This document shows, piece by piece, positions 31,811 to 43,141 of a DNA stretch of 64,000 nucleotides. The DNA is taken from contig JASGJN010000023.1 in NCBI GenBank assembly GCA_049840735.1, positions 96,001 to 160,000 of the forward strand. The letters are read 5' to 3'. Position 1 is the first letter of the stretch, and each line of letters starts with the position of its first letter. Position numbers and translations under genes: made by a program. The DNA comes from Anaeromyxobacter sp. GTDB lineage: Bacteria > Myxococcota > Myxococcia > Myxococcales > Anaeromyxobacteraceae. The notes beneath the pieces were generated by a model. The model was not told the DNA's origin and did not search any database. It was given only the letters and a program-made list of their open reading frames with translations.

Positions 31811-34066
31811 TCAGAACCCCCACTGCAGGCCGATGCCCGGCGCGATGGCCCACTGGTGCTTCTCCTTGCTGCTGGTGGGCGGGTACCAGTTGCCCGTCAG
31901 CTGCAGCCGGACGCGCTCCAGGAGCGTGGCGGAGACGCCGCCCTGGATGGACGCGCGCGAGCAGTAGCCGATGGTGTTGTTGGCCGGGTTGGGGCACTTG
32001 CTGAAGCCGCCGTCGTCGCGGCTGGAGAAGTTCCAGCCGGCGCGCAGCAGCAGGCTGGGCTGGAGCCGGGTGTTGGACCAGGCGGCCGGCAGGTACTCGC
32101 CGCCCACCAGCACGCCCAGCACGAACTGGCCGCTCTCGGAGGAGAGGATCTGGTCGGCGCCCACGAACTGCAGCGCGGCGTGGAGCCGGACCGGCGCCAC
32201 CAGCACGTCCTCCACCTGGAACCCCTTGCTGATGCCGACCTCGGGATCGCGCCCGTACATGGCCCAGAGCGTGAACCGCGGCGGCACGTAGGCCACCTCG
32301 TCGGCCGCCATCTTGACCAGCGTGCTCACCACCAGCCCCTGGCCGACGGGCTGCGTGGCGGCCACGCCGTCGCCGATCTCCAGCAGCCGGGCGCGCAGCT
32401 TGGCGGGCGCCTTGGGCGCCTCGGCGCGGGAGAGCCCCAGGTCCTTGAAGTGGAACTGGTGCGCGGTCAGCAGGCGCATGGCGTAGGCGGCGTCGTTCTC
32501 GTCCTTCCGGCGGTGCCAGGCGTCGCCGGCGACCGGGCCGACGCCCGGGACCGCCAGCACCGGCTGCCCGGTGCGGGCCGCGTGGCAGCGCGGGTCGGCG
32601 TCGTAGGCGGACCCCTCCGGCTGCAGCGAGCAGACGTCCCACAGGGCCTCGACCACGGTCTGGAAGACGATCCGGAAGTCCTGCAGGTCGTCCCCGGCGC
32701 AGGCCTCGGGGGCGCCCGGCAGGCCCTCCATCACCGCCTGCAGGCAGCGGTACCGCCGCCAGGCCGGGTCGGAGGGGTCGGCGCCCGCCGCCTCCTCGGG
32801 GAAGCGGGGCGTGGCGCCCGCCCTGGCCAGCCGCGCCCCGAGCCGCTGCTCCACCAGCTTCCGCCCGTCGTACATGCCCAGCGCGAAGTCGAAGCGCCGC
32901 AGCTCGCCCTCCACGAAGCCGAAGAAGGCGCCCAGGGGGGCGCTGGCGGCGGGCAGGTGGCGCTCGGGGATGAGCAGCTTCTCGAAGACGCCCGGGGCGT
33001 CGTCGTGGACGTAGAGCAGGTTCTTGGCGCGGGCGGTGGAGAGGAACGAGCCGCCGACCTGCGCCGTCACCGAGAGCAGCGTCTCCAGCTCGGCGTCCGG
33101 CTTGCCGTCCTCCGTCGCCGGGAAGGTGCGGGCCTCGGTCGAGAGGTAGGCCAGCACCAGGGAGGCGGGCGGCTCGCGCGAGGAGAGATCGGGCCGGTCG
33201 AGCCAGCGCGCGTTCCCCTGGGCGTCCACGCGCAGACCGGCGGCGGCCAGGCGGGTGGCGAGGCGCACCGGGGTGTTGTCGAACACGCCGCCGTCGACGA
33301 AGAGCTCGGCCTTGGCCGCCGACTCCGGGCAGACCGCCTTCTCGCTGCCCTTCACCACGCAGTGGGCCACGGGCTGGGGAGGGAAGGCGCCGGGGAAGGC
33401 GGTGGAGGCGAAGAGCGCGTCCACCAGCCGGTCGAAGATCACCTCGCCGTCCTTCTCCGGCAGCAGCGCCTGCTCGCCCTCCCAGCTCCGGTCCACGTAG
33501 TTCGTGAGCCGGGGCGGCTTGCCCGGGCCGCGCCCCTGGATGCGCACCACGAAGTGCTCCTCCACGCGCGGCAGGCGGAGCCGCTCGCCCTCGGTGGTCA
33601 CGGTGCGCGGCTTGAGCCGGGTGACCGAGAGGCCGAAGACGTCGTCGCAGCCCTCGGGCAGCCCCGCCTCCCAGGCCTTGCGGATCAGCCCCAGGGGCGC
33701 GGCGAAGGCCTCGCGCGAGAAGGCGCTGGTCTTCTGCACGTTGGCCGGGTCGTAGAGCTTCTCCAGCCCCAGCGGGATCCAGGCGTTCCAGACCAGGCTC
33801 TGGGCCGGGTTGGGCACCGGGGCGCCGCAGTGCTGGAGGATGGTGATGAAGCCGTTGACCGAGCCGGCGGAGGCGCCGGTGACCACCCGTGGCTCGGCGG
33901 CGGTCGGGTTCAGGCGGATCCCCTCCACCGCGTAGTAGATGAGCCCGGCCTCGTAGCTGCCGAGGCTGACCCCGCCGGAGATGGTGATCGAGGCCGGCGG
34001 CCCGGCCGGCCGGGCGGTCCCGGCGGCCAGGAGCAGGGCTGCGGCGACGGCGGTCTGGGTGGTCAT
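31811..34066 (-). CDS. Secreted patatin-like phospholipase with C-terminal beta-strand domain
   Basis: SGGVSLGSYEAG oxyanion motif, GASAG (GxSxG), DGG; signal peptide; C-terminus GIGLQWGF. Confidence 0.88.
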   Translation of the reverse strand: MTTQTAVAAALLLAAGTARPAGPPASITISGGVSLGSYEAGLIYYAVEGIRLNPTAAEPRVVTGASAGSVNGFITILQHCGAPVPNPAQSLVWNAWIPLGLEKLYDPANVQKTSAFSREAFAAPLGLIRKAWEAGLPEGCDDVFGLSVTRLKPRTVTTEGERLRLPRVEEHFVVRIQGRGPGKPPRLTNYVDRSWEGEQALLPEKDGEVIFDRLVDALFASTAFPGAFPPQPVAHCVVKGSEKAVCPESAAKAELFVDGGVFDNTPVRLATRLAAAGLRVDAQGNARWLDRPDLSSREPPASLVLAYLSTEARTFPATEDGKPDAELETLLSVTAQVGGSFLSTARAKNLLYVHDDAPGVFEKLLIPERHLPAASAPLGAFFGFVEGELRRFDFALGMYDGRKLVEQRLGARLARAGATPRFPEEAAGADPSDPAWRRYRCLQAVMEGLPGAPEACAGDDLQDFRIVFQTVVEALWDVCSLQPEGSAYDADPRCHAARTGQPVLAVPGVGPVAGDAWHRRKDENDAAYAMRLLTAHQFHFKDLGLSRAEAPKAPAKLRARLLEIGDGVAATQPVGQGLVVSTLVKMAADEVAYVPPRFTLWAMYGRDPEVGISKGFQVEDVLVAPVRLHAALQFVGADQILSSESGQFVLGVLVGGEYLPAAWSNTRLQPSLLLRAGWNFSSRDDGGFSKCPNPANNTIGYCSRASIQGGVSATLLERVRLQLTGNWYPPTSSKEKHQWAIAPGIGLQWGF

Positions 34067-34191
34067 GCCCCGCATCGGAGCATGACGGCGCAGGGGTGGG
34101 AATCGGACGTTCGCCCCATCGGGCCCGGGGCTCTCCGGGCGCACCCCCGCGGGCGGCGGCCCATGGTCTACTCAGCGCGGGAGGAGAGCGC

Positions 34192-34914
34192 ATGGCGAGC
34201 CGAGCCGCGGTGGGGGTGAGCCCCAGGACCCTGTGCGTCGACATCGGCGGGTCCGGGATCAAGACCATGGTGGTCTCCCTGCAGGGGGATCCGCTCAGTG
34301 AGCGGTCGCGCATCCAGACCCCTCGGCCGGCCACGGCCCGGGCCGTGGTCTCGGCCCTGCGCTCCGTCGCCCCCGATCCGTCCGGCTTCGAGCGCGTCTC
34401 GGTCGGCTTCCCGGGCGTGGTCCGGGAGGGCGTGGTCTTCACCGCCCCCAACCTCGACCCGTCCTGGGCTGGCTTCGACCTGGCGGCGGCGCTGCGCAAG
34501 GCCACCGACCGCCCGGTCCGCGTGCTCAACGACGCCGGCGTGCAGGGGCACGGCGTCATCCACGGCCGCGGCGTGGAGATCTGCATCACGCTCGGTACGG
34601 GCTTCGGCTTCGCGCTCTTCGTGGAGGGGCGCTACGTCCCGAACATCGAGCTGGGCCACCACCCCTTCAGGAAGGGGAAGACCTACGAGGACCTGCTGGG
34701 CAACGCGGCGCTGGAGAAGCGCGGGCGCAAGCGCTGGCAGCGCACGCTGCTGAAGGCGGTGGACCAGCTCCAGCGCACCTTCAACTTCGACGCGCTCTTC
34801 GTGGGCGGCGGCAACGCCGCCAAGCTCACGGTGGAGCTCCCGGCCAACGTGAAGCGGGTCGAGAACGTCTCCGGCCTGCTGGGCGGCGTGAAGCTGTGGG
34901 AGCGGGACGGCTGA
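34192..34914 (+). CDS. ROK-family sugar kinase (polyphosphate glucokinase-like)
   Basis: VDIGGSGIK, VGFPG, NDA, TLGTGFG, ELGHH, VGGGNA. Confidence 0.88.
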   Translation: MASRAAVGVSPRTLCVDIGGSGIKTMVVSLQGDPLSERSRIQTPRPATARAVVSALRSVAPDPSGFERVSVGFPGVVREGVVFTAPNLDPSWAGFDLAAALRKATDRPVRVLNDAGVQGHGVIHGRGVEICITLGTGFGFALFVEGRYVPNIELGHHPFRKGKTYEDLLGNAALEKRGRKRWQRTLLKAVDQLQRTFNFDALFVGGGNAAKLTVELPANVKRVENVSGLLGGVKLWERDG

Positions 34915-34947
34915 CGGTCCGGGCCGGCGAAGCCGGCAGGGACGGCG

Positions 34948-35766
34948 CTACCTGCTCGCCCCCGCCACGTCCTCGGTCCCGCGGGTCACCCACCAGGCGG
35001 CGAGGATGGGGAGGGCCGTGATCAGCATGATGGTGAGCGCCACCACGTTGGTGATGGGCGTCTCGCGCGGCCGGCCCAGCTGGTTGAGCAGCCAGATGGG
35101 CAGGGTCCGCTCGTTCCCGGCGGTGAAGGTGGTGACGATGATCTCGTCGAAGGAGAGGCCGAAGGCCAGGATGCCGCCGGCCAGCAGGGCCGTGGCCAGC
35201 TGGGGGAGCACCACGCGCCGGAAGGTCTGGAAGGTGTCCGCCCCCAGGTCCATCGAGGCCTCCACCAGGCTGCCCGGCAGCCGGCGCAGCCGCGCCACCA
35301 CGTTGTTGTAGACCACCACCACGCAGAAGGTGGCGTGGCCGATGGCGATGGTCCAGAAGCCCGGGGTGATGTCCGCCAGCCGGAAGGCGGAGAGCAGCGC
35401 GATGCCGGTGATGATGCCCGGGAGCGCCAGCGGCAGCACGAACACCAGCGTGATGGCCTCGCGCCCCGGGAAGCGCCGGCGCGCCAGGGCCAGCCCCGCC
35501 AGCGCGCCCAGCACCAGCGCCGCCGCCGTGGCCAGGGCCGCGATCCGCCCGGAGAGCAGCACCGCCTGGACGACGTCGTCGCGCTCGGCGGCGCGCGCGA
35601 ACCAGCGCAGGGTGAAGCCGCGCGGCGGGAAGGAGGCGGCGCTCTCCTCGGTGTTGAAGGCGTAGAGCGCCACCACGGCGATGGGGAAGTGCAGGAAGGC
35701 CAGGCCACCCCAGGCCAGCAGCTTGAGCCAGGGCGGCGCGCGCGGCGCGGCGGGATCAGAGCGCAT
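34948..35766 (-). CDS. ydcV: Polyamine-type ABC permease (YdcV/PotC-like)
   Basis: [22 protein letters not shown] (EAA loop), [14 protein letters not shown]. Confidence 0.88.
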   Translation of the reverse strand: MRSDPAAPRAPPWLKLLAWGGLAFLHFPIAVVALYAFNTEESAASFPPRGFTLRWFARAAERDDVVQAVLLSGRIAALATAAALVLGALAGLALARRRFPGREAITLVFVLPLALPGIITGIALLSAFRLADITPGFWTIAIGHATFCVVVVYNNVVARLRRLPGSLVEASMDLGADTFQTFRRVVLPQLATALLAGGILAFGLSFDEIIVTTFTAGNERTLPIWLLNQLGRPRETPITNVVALTIMLITALPILAAWWVTRGTEDVAGASR

Positions 35767-36715
35767 CGAAGGCTCCCAGCCGCCGGGCCAGCGCCAGGTA
35801 GGCGCCCACCACCAGGATCGGCACCAGCGTGAAGGCCGCCGCCATGGGGACGTTGCCCACCGAGCCCTGCAGCGTGTTGACCAGCGTGCCCACGAACAGC
35901 CCCGGCGGCCCCACCAGCTGCGGGATGATGTAGTCGCCCAGCGTGAGCGAGAAGGTGAAGATCGAGCCCGCCACCAGGCCCGGGAAGGCCAGCGGCAGCA
36001 GCACCTTTCGGAAGGTCTGGTGGGGGCGGGCGCCCAGGTCGGCCGAGGCCTGCAGCAGGTTCTCCGGGACGCGCTCGATGGCCGCCTGCGTGGGCAGGAT
36101 CAGGTAGGGCAGCCAGACGTAGGTGAAGACCAGGAAGCGGCCCAGGTTGGAGGTGGCCAGCGAGGTCCCGCCCACCACCGGCAGCGTGAGCACCGCGTCC
36201 AGCGCGCCGTCCAGCCCCAGCTTCCCCAGCATCCAGTAGACGACGCCACCGCGGGAGAGGATCACCGTCCAGGCGTAGACCTTGACGATGTAGCTCGCCC
36301 ACATGGGCAGCATCACCGCCACGTAGAGGAAGCCCTTCAGCGCGCCGCGGGCGTAGCGGGCCATGTAGTAGGCCAGCGGGAAGCCGATCACCGCGCAGGC
36401 CACCGTGACCGCGCCGGCCATGCCCAGCGTGCGGAGCACCACGTCCAGGTTGGCGGCGTCGAGGAGCGCGCGGTAGTTCGCCCAGGTCAGGTCGGGCGTG
36501 ACCGCCATGGAGAAGTCGTCGAAGGTGTAGACGCCCTGCCAGACCAGCGCCAGCAGCGAGCCCAGGTAGACCACGCCGAACCAGAGCAGCGGCGGGGCCA
36601 GCAGGAGCAGGAGCTGCAGCGTGCCGCGCCGGTAGAGCACGCCGGAGAGGGCGCGCGCCAGCCGGCGGCGCGGCGCCGGGCTGGCCAGAGGGGCGGCGGC
36701 GGGGAGGGCCGACAT
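35756..36715 (-). CDS. ydcU: Polyamine-type ABC permease (YdcU/PotB-like)
   Basis: [33 protein letters not shown]. Confidence 0.88.
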   Translation of the reverse strand: MSALPAAAPLASPAPRRRLARALSGVLYRRGTLQLLLLLAPPLLWFGVVYLGSLLALVWQGVYTFDDFSMAVTPDLTWANYRALLDAANLDVVLRTLGMAGAVTVACAVIGFPLAYYMARYARGALKGFLYVAVMLPMWASYIVKVYAWTVILSRGGVVYWMLGKLGLDGALDAVLTLPVVGGTSLATSNLGRFLVFTYVWLPYLILPTQAAIERVPENLLQASADLGARPHQTFRKVLLPLAFPGLVAGSIFTFSLTLGDYIIPQLVGPPGLFVGTLVNTLQGSVGNVPMAAAFTLVPILVVGAYLALARRLGAFDAL

Positions 36716-36726
36716 GGGCGCCGGGC

Positions 36727-37743
36727 TCAGGCGGCGGGCTCCAGCTCCACCATCGCGCCGCGCGCCCAGCAGAGCTGCACCGGGTCCCCGGCGCGAGGGG
36801 ACACCGCCTCGCCGCCCTCGCTGGCCAGGGCCACCGTGAGCCGCGCGCCCTCCACCTCCACCTCGTAGCGGCTCACCATGCCGTGGTACTGCACGTCCAC
36901 GAGCCGCCCCGCCAGCCCCACCTGATCGCCCTGCGGGGCGCCGAAGCGGATGTGCTCGGGCCGGATGGAGACCGGCCTGCCGCCGCCGCCCACCTGGCGG
37001 GCCAGCGCGCCGTGGAGCACGTTGGCGCCGCCCACGAACCCGGCCACGAAGGCCGTGCGCGGCCGCGTGTAGAGGACCCGGGGCGCGTCCACCTGCTCGA
37101 CGCGCCCCTGCGAGAAGACCGCGATCCGGTCGGACATCGAGAGCGCCTCGCCCTGGTCGTGCGTGACGTAGACGAAGGTGATGCCGACCCGGCGCTGCAG
37201 CGCCTTCAGCTCCACCTGCATCTGCTCGCGCAGCTTGAGGTCGAGCGCGCCCAGCGGCTCGTCCAGGAGCAGCACCCGCGGCCGGTTCACCAGCGCGCGC
37301 GCCAGCGCCACCCGCTGGCGCTGCCCGCCGGAGAGCTGCCCGGGGCGGCGCGCGCCCAGCCCGGCCAGCGCCACCAGCTCCAGCGCGGCCTCGGCCTCGC
37401 GGGCGCGGGTGCGTCGCTCCACGCCCTTCACCGCCAGGCCGTAGGCCACGTTCTCGAGCACCGTGAGGTGCGGGAAGAGCGCGTAGTCCTGGAAGACCGT
37501 GTTGACGTCCCGCTCGTAGGGCGGCAGCGCCGACGCGTCCTGTCCGTGCAGCAGGACGCGCCCGGCGCTGGGCAGCTCGAACCCGGCGATGAGCCGCAGG
37601 CAGGTGGTCTTGCCCGAGCCGGAGGGGCCGAGCAGCGAGAAGAACTCGCCGTCCTTTATGGCCAGCGAGACGCCGCCCAGCGCCGTGACGGCGCCGTAGC
37701 GGCGGCTCACCTCCTGCAGCTCGACCGCGAGGGCGAGGGTCAC
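36727..37743 (-). CDS. ydcT: Polyamine-type ABC ATP-binding protein (YdcT/PotA-like)
   Basis: [36 protein letters not shown]-like tail. Confidence 0.92.
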   Translation of the reverse strand: MTLALAVELQEVSRRYGAVTALGGVSLAIKDGEFFSLLGPSGSGKTTCLRLIAGFELPSAGRVLLHGQDASALPPYERDVNTVFQDYALFPHLTVLENVAYGLAVKGVERRTRAREAEAALELVALAGLGARRPGQLSGGQRQRVALARALVNRPRVLLLDEPLGALDLKLREQMQVELKALQRRVGITFVYVTHDQGEALSMSDRIAVFSQGRVEQVDAPRVLYTRPRTAFVAGFVGGANVLHGALARQVGGGGRPVSIRPEHIRFGAPQGDQVGLAGRLVDVQYHGMVSRYEVEVEGARLTVALASEGGEAVSPRAGDPVQLCWARGAMVELEPAA

Positions 37744-37748
37744 GACGC

Positions 37749-38891
37749 CTACCGCCCGCCCATGACCGCGATGTAGTCCGAGACCCACTTGCTGTACGGG
37801 ACGCAGGTGCCCTGCGTCTTGCACTTCGCCGTGGGGGTCCGCCAGAAGTGGACCTGGTCGAAGCGGTCGAACCCGTTCACCGCGCAGACGTCGGTGCCGC
37901 CCGGCGCCTTCTCCTTGCAGGCGGCCGGCACCACCGGCACCGAGCCGAACCACTCGGCCAGGTCAGCCTGGAGCTTGGGCCGGAGCGACCACTCCAGCCA
38001 GCGGTAGGCGCAGCCGACGTGCTTCGCGTCGGCGTGGAGCATGGTGGTGTCGGCCCAGCCGGTGGAGCCCTCGGCCGGGATGGTGGAGGCGATGGGCTGC
38101 TTCTCCGCCTGGAGCGAGTTGACCATGAAGCCCCAGGAGCTGGACGCCACCACGCCGTCGCTCTTGAAGTCGTTCATCTGCACCGTGGCGTCGTGCCAGT
38201 ACTTGTGCGCCAGCGTCTTCTGCGTGCGCAGCACCGCCAGCGCGGCGGCGTACTGCTTGTCGTTCAGCTCGTAGGGATCCTGGATGCCCAGCTCCGGCCG
38301 CTTCTTCATGAGGTAGAGCGCGGCGTCGGCCACGTAGATGGGGCCGTCGTAGGCCTGGATGCGTCCCTTGTTCGGCTTGCCGTCGGGGAGGACCTGCGGC
38401 TCGAAGACCACCGCCCAGGAGGTGGGCGCGGCCTTGAAGACGCTGGTGTTGTACATGAGGACGTTCGGGCCCCACTGGTAGGGCACGCCGTAGTGCTGCC
38501 CGTCCACCACGTACCAGGCCGCCCCCTGCAGCCGCGGGTCCACCGTCTTGAAGGACGGGATCAGGGCCAGGTTGACGGGCTGCACCTTCTTGCCGGCCAC
38601 CAGCCGCAGGCTGGCGTCGCCCGAGGCGGTGACCAGGTCGTAGCCGCCCTTGTTCATGAGGGCGACCATCTCGTCGGAGGTGGCCGCGGTCTTCACGTTG
38701 ACCTTGCAGCCGGTTTCCTTCTCGAAGCCGGTGACCCAGTCGTACGCCTTGTCCGACTCGCCGCGCTCGAGGTAGCCGGGCCAGGCCACGATGTCGAGCT
38801 GCCCCTCCGGCTTCGGGAGGGCGGCGGGGGGAGCGGCGAGGGCCGGCGCGGCGCAGAGCAGCGCGGCGGCCAGGGCGAGGAAGCGGGGCAT
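37749..38891 (-). CDS. ydcS: ABC substrate-binding protein (YdcS-like)
   Basis: EGQLDIVAWPGYLERGESDKAYDWVTGFEKETGC, TASGDASLRL, DYIAVMGGR. Confidence 0.9.
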   Translation of the reverse strand: MPRFLALAAALLCAAPALAAPPAALPKPEGQLDIVAWPGYLERGESDKAYDWVTGFEKETGCKVNVKTAATSDEMVALMNKGGYDLVTASGDASLRLVAGKKVQPVNLALIPSFKTVDPRLQGAAWYVVDGQHYGVPYQWGPNVLMYNTSVFKAAPTSWAVVFEPQVLPDGKPNKGRIQAYDGPIYVADAALYLMKKRPELGIQDPYELNDKQYAAALAVLRTQKTLAHKYWHDATVQMNDFKSDGVVASSSWGFMVNSLQAEKQPIASTIPAEGSTGWADTTMLHADAKHVGCAYRWLEWSLRPKLQADLAEWFGSVPVVPAACKEKAPGGTDVCAVNGFDRFDQVHFWRTPTAKCKTQGTCVPYSKWVSDYIAVMGGR

Positions 38892-38946
38892 GGCGGTCTC
38901 CTCTCGACGGCGCCGGGGCCAGCCCGGCGGGATCACGAAGGGTGAA

Positions 38947-40369
38947 TCAGAGCTTCACCATCACGTGGCGCACGGAGGTGTAATCCTCGAGCGCGTACAT
39001 CGACAGGTCCTTCCCGTAGCCTGAGCGCTTCATGCCGCCGTGCGGCATCTCCGAGACCAGCATGAAGTGGGTGTTGATCCAGGTGGCGCCGTACTGCAGC
39101 CGCGCCGCCACCTGCATGGCCCGGGTCACGTCGCGCGTCCAGACCGAGCTGGAGAGGCCGTAGTCCGAGGCGTTGGCCCAGCCCACCGCCTGCTCCACGT
39201 CGTCGAACCGGGTCACCGAGACCACCGGCCCGAACACCTCGCGCTGGACGATCTCGTCCTCCTGCCGCGCGCCGGCCAGCACGGTGGGCTCGAAGAAGAA
39301 GCCCTGGCCGGCCCGCGCCTTCCCGCCGGCGGTGACGCTGACGTGCGGGAGGGCGGCGGCGCGCTGCACGAAGCCGCTCACCCGGTCGCGGTGGGCGGCG
39401 GTGACGAGCGGGCCCATCTCCACCCCCGGCTCCTCCTGCGCCCCGACCTTCAGGCTGGAGGCGGCGCTGGAGAGGTCGGCCACCAGCTTCTCGTAGATGC
39501 GCGACCCGGCGTAGACGCGGCAGGCCGCGGTGCAGTCCTGCCCGGCGTTGTAGAAGGAGAAGGCGCGCAGCCCGGCCACCACCGCCTCCAGGTCGGCGTC
39601 GTCGAACACGATGACCGGGGCCTTGCCGCCCAGCTCGAGGTGGGTGCGCTTCAGGTCCCTGGCCGCCGACTCGAGGATCTCTGCCCGGTGGGGATGGAGC
39701 CGGTCAGCGAGACCATGGCGACGCCGGGGTGCGTGACCAGCGGGACGCCCACGCTGGGCCCGCGCCCGGTCACCACGTTCACGACGCCCGGGGGGAGATC
39801 CCGGCGATGAGCCCGGCCAGCGCCAGCGTGGTGAGCGGCGTCTGCTCCGAGGGCTTGAGCACCACCGTGTTGCCGGCCGCCACCGCGGGGGCCAGCTTCC
39901 AGGCCGCCATCATGAGCGGGTAGTTCCACGGCGCGATGGAGGCCACCACGCCCAGCGGGTCGCGGCGGATCAGGCTGGTGTAGCCCGGCAGGTACTCGCC
40001 GGCCACCGCGCCGGTCATGCAGCGCGAGGCGCCGGCGAAGAACCGGAAGACGTCGGCGACGGCGGGGATCTCGTCGGCCTGCGCGGCCGCCAGCGGCTTG
40101 CCGCAGTTGCGCGACTCGATCCCGGCCAGCCGGGCGCCGTCGCGCTCCACCGCGTCCGCCAGCTTGAGCAGCAGGGCGGCGCGGTCCTTCGGCACCGTTC
40201 GCGACCAGGCCGGGAAGGCCCTCGCCGCCGCCGCCACCGCGGCCTGCACCTGCTCCGGGGAGGCCTCCGGCACCTGGGCGATCACCTGGCCGGTGGCGGG
40301 ATCGAGGATGGACTCCGCCGGCCCCTGGCCGGCCACGCGCTGCCCGTCGATGAGGAGCTGGGTCTCCAC
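38947..40369 (-). CDS. patD: Gamma-aminobutyraldehyde dehydrogenase (two apparent frameshifts, ~39798 and ~39680)
   Basis: Three consecutive frames join: [18 protein letters not shown] - [13 protein letters not shown] - [31 protein letters not shown]. Confidence 0.85.
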
Positions 40370-40506
40370 TGAGGCCTCCTGCGCTGCGCGGCCGCCGGGC
40401 CGCAAAGGGGATGTGGCGAGATGATCTAAGCGGGCGATCGCCCCTTCGAAACGGCTCCAGGGTGGGGGCCCCGGTGCGGGTGGGACGCAGCGTGAAGCGG
40501 CTGGTG

Positions 40507-40548
40507 AAAGGCCCCGGGCCCCCCGCGACGGCGGGAGCCCCGGGGCCT
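40507..40548 (-). terminator. Putative intrinsic terminator after the porin gene
   Basis: AGGCCCCGGG/CCCGGGGCCT stem followed by a short TTT on the minus strand. Confidence 0.5.
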
Positions 40549-40563
40549 CCGGTGAGGCAGCGG

Positions 40564-41601
40564 CTAGAACCAGGCCATCACGGAGACGGTGGCCGTGGAC
40601 ATGCCGTCCTTCGGCTCCGACTTGCCGTCGTAGATGTCCTCGCTGGCGTGGTCGTAGCGGAGCTCGCCCTTGACCTCGGCGTTCTCGCCGATGGGGAAGC
40701 CGGCGCCCACGGTCAGGCCGTAGAGCGTGTCGGCGGTGGTGGACCGGACCATGTCATTGTCGCTCACGTACTCGGCGCGGCCGAAGACGTTCATCCACTC
40801 GGTGGCGGTGAACTTGGCCCAGACGCCCAGGCCCAGGATGGCGTCGGCGTCGGCCAGCTTCACGTAGTCGCCCTGCGCGGCCAGCGTGAGGTTGCCGAAG
40901 CCCTGGCTCAGCACCACGTCGGCCTGGAAGGCGTTCTCGCCGTCGGTCTCGGGGATCTTCGAGTAGAAGAGGTTCAGGTACGCGGCGGTGGCGTCCTTGG
41001 TGTAGGCCACCGAGCCGATCACGGTCTTGTAGGGCGTCTCGCTGTGCCCCACGTCGTTGGCCCAGAGGTCGGAGCCGTTGGCGATGCTCCCCGTCACGGT
41101 GAGGTTCTCGGAGAGGCTGTAGGCGGTCCGGACGCCCTCGTGCGCGGTGGGCACGGTGAAGTTGAAGAGCAGGCCGCGGGAGTAGAGGAAGTTGTCCTTG
41201 GCGTCGAAGACCTCGAACCCCGCCGGCGTGTAGAAGCGGCCGGCGTCGATGGTGAAGCCGTGGGTCTTGAACGTCACGTACCCCTGCTGCACGAGCACGT
41301 CACCGACGTACGCACCCTGCTTGCCGTAGCCCAGCTCGATCTTGGCGCCGACGTCGCCGGCGTCCACGGTGGCGGCCAGCTTGGCGTAGCCCAGGTTGAA
41401 GCCGGGAGCGGAGCTCCAGAAGCCGGCGCCAGCGGTGGGGCTGTCGTAGCTCTGCGGCTGGTCGAGGTTGAGCGTGTAGTAGCCGTCCACCATGCCGTTG
41501 AAGGTGACGGTGGGCGCCTTGACCTTGACCTCCTCGGCCGCCGCAGCGAGCGGCAGGGCCAGGACGGCGGCGGCGGTGAAGCACTTGCGGGTGAAGTTCA
41601 T
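40564..41601 (-). CDS. Outer-membrane beta-barrel porin (BBP2/OmpL-like)
   Basis: Signal peptide; GMVDGYYTLN, GRFYTPAGFE, NFLYSRGLLF, ELRYD; terminal WF. Confidence 0.85.
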   Translation of the reverse strand: MNFTRKCFTAAAVLALPLAAAAEEVKVKAPTVTFNGMVDGYYTLNLDQPQSYDSPTAGAGFWSSAPGFNLGYAKLAATVDAGDVGAKIELGYGKQGAYVGDVLVQQGYVTFKTHGFTIDAGRFYTPAGFEVFDAKDNFLYSRGLLFNFTVPTAHEGVRTAYSLSENLTVTGSIANGSDLWANDVGHSETPYKTVIGSVAYTKDATAAYLNLFYSKIPETDGENAFQADVVLSQGFGNLTLAAQGDYVKLADADAILGLGVWAKFTATEWMNVFGRAEYVSDNDMVRSTTADTLYGLTVGAGFPIGENAEVKGELRYDHASEDIYDGKSEPKDGMSTATVSVMAWF

Positions 41602-41641
41602 CGGTGCTGTTCCTTTCGGGTTGGGTTGTGAGGCTCGGTGC

Positions 41642-42991
<1,350 letters not shown>

Positions 42992-43141
42992 GGCTGCTCC
43001 GGTGCGGCGAGGGTCGGGGTGCGCCCGGCCTGCTGCAGGTGGCCGTGCGGCGTCGAAGGGCGCCTCGGGGAGGCGCAGGCAGGGGGCGCCGGGGGCGCGG
43101 TCAGCGCCGCTCGGGCGGCGGCTGGGCGTGGTGATGGATGA

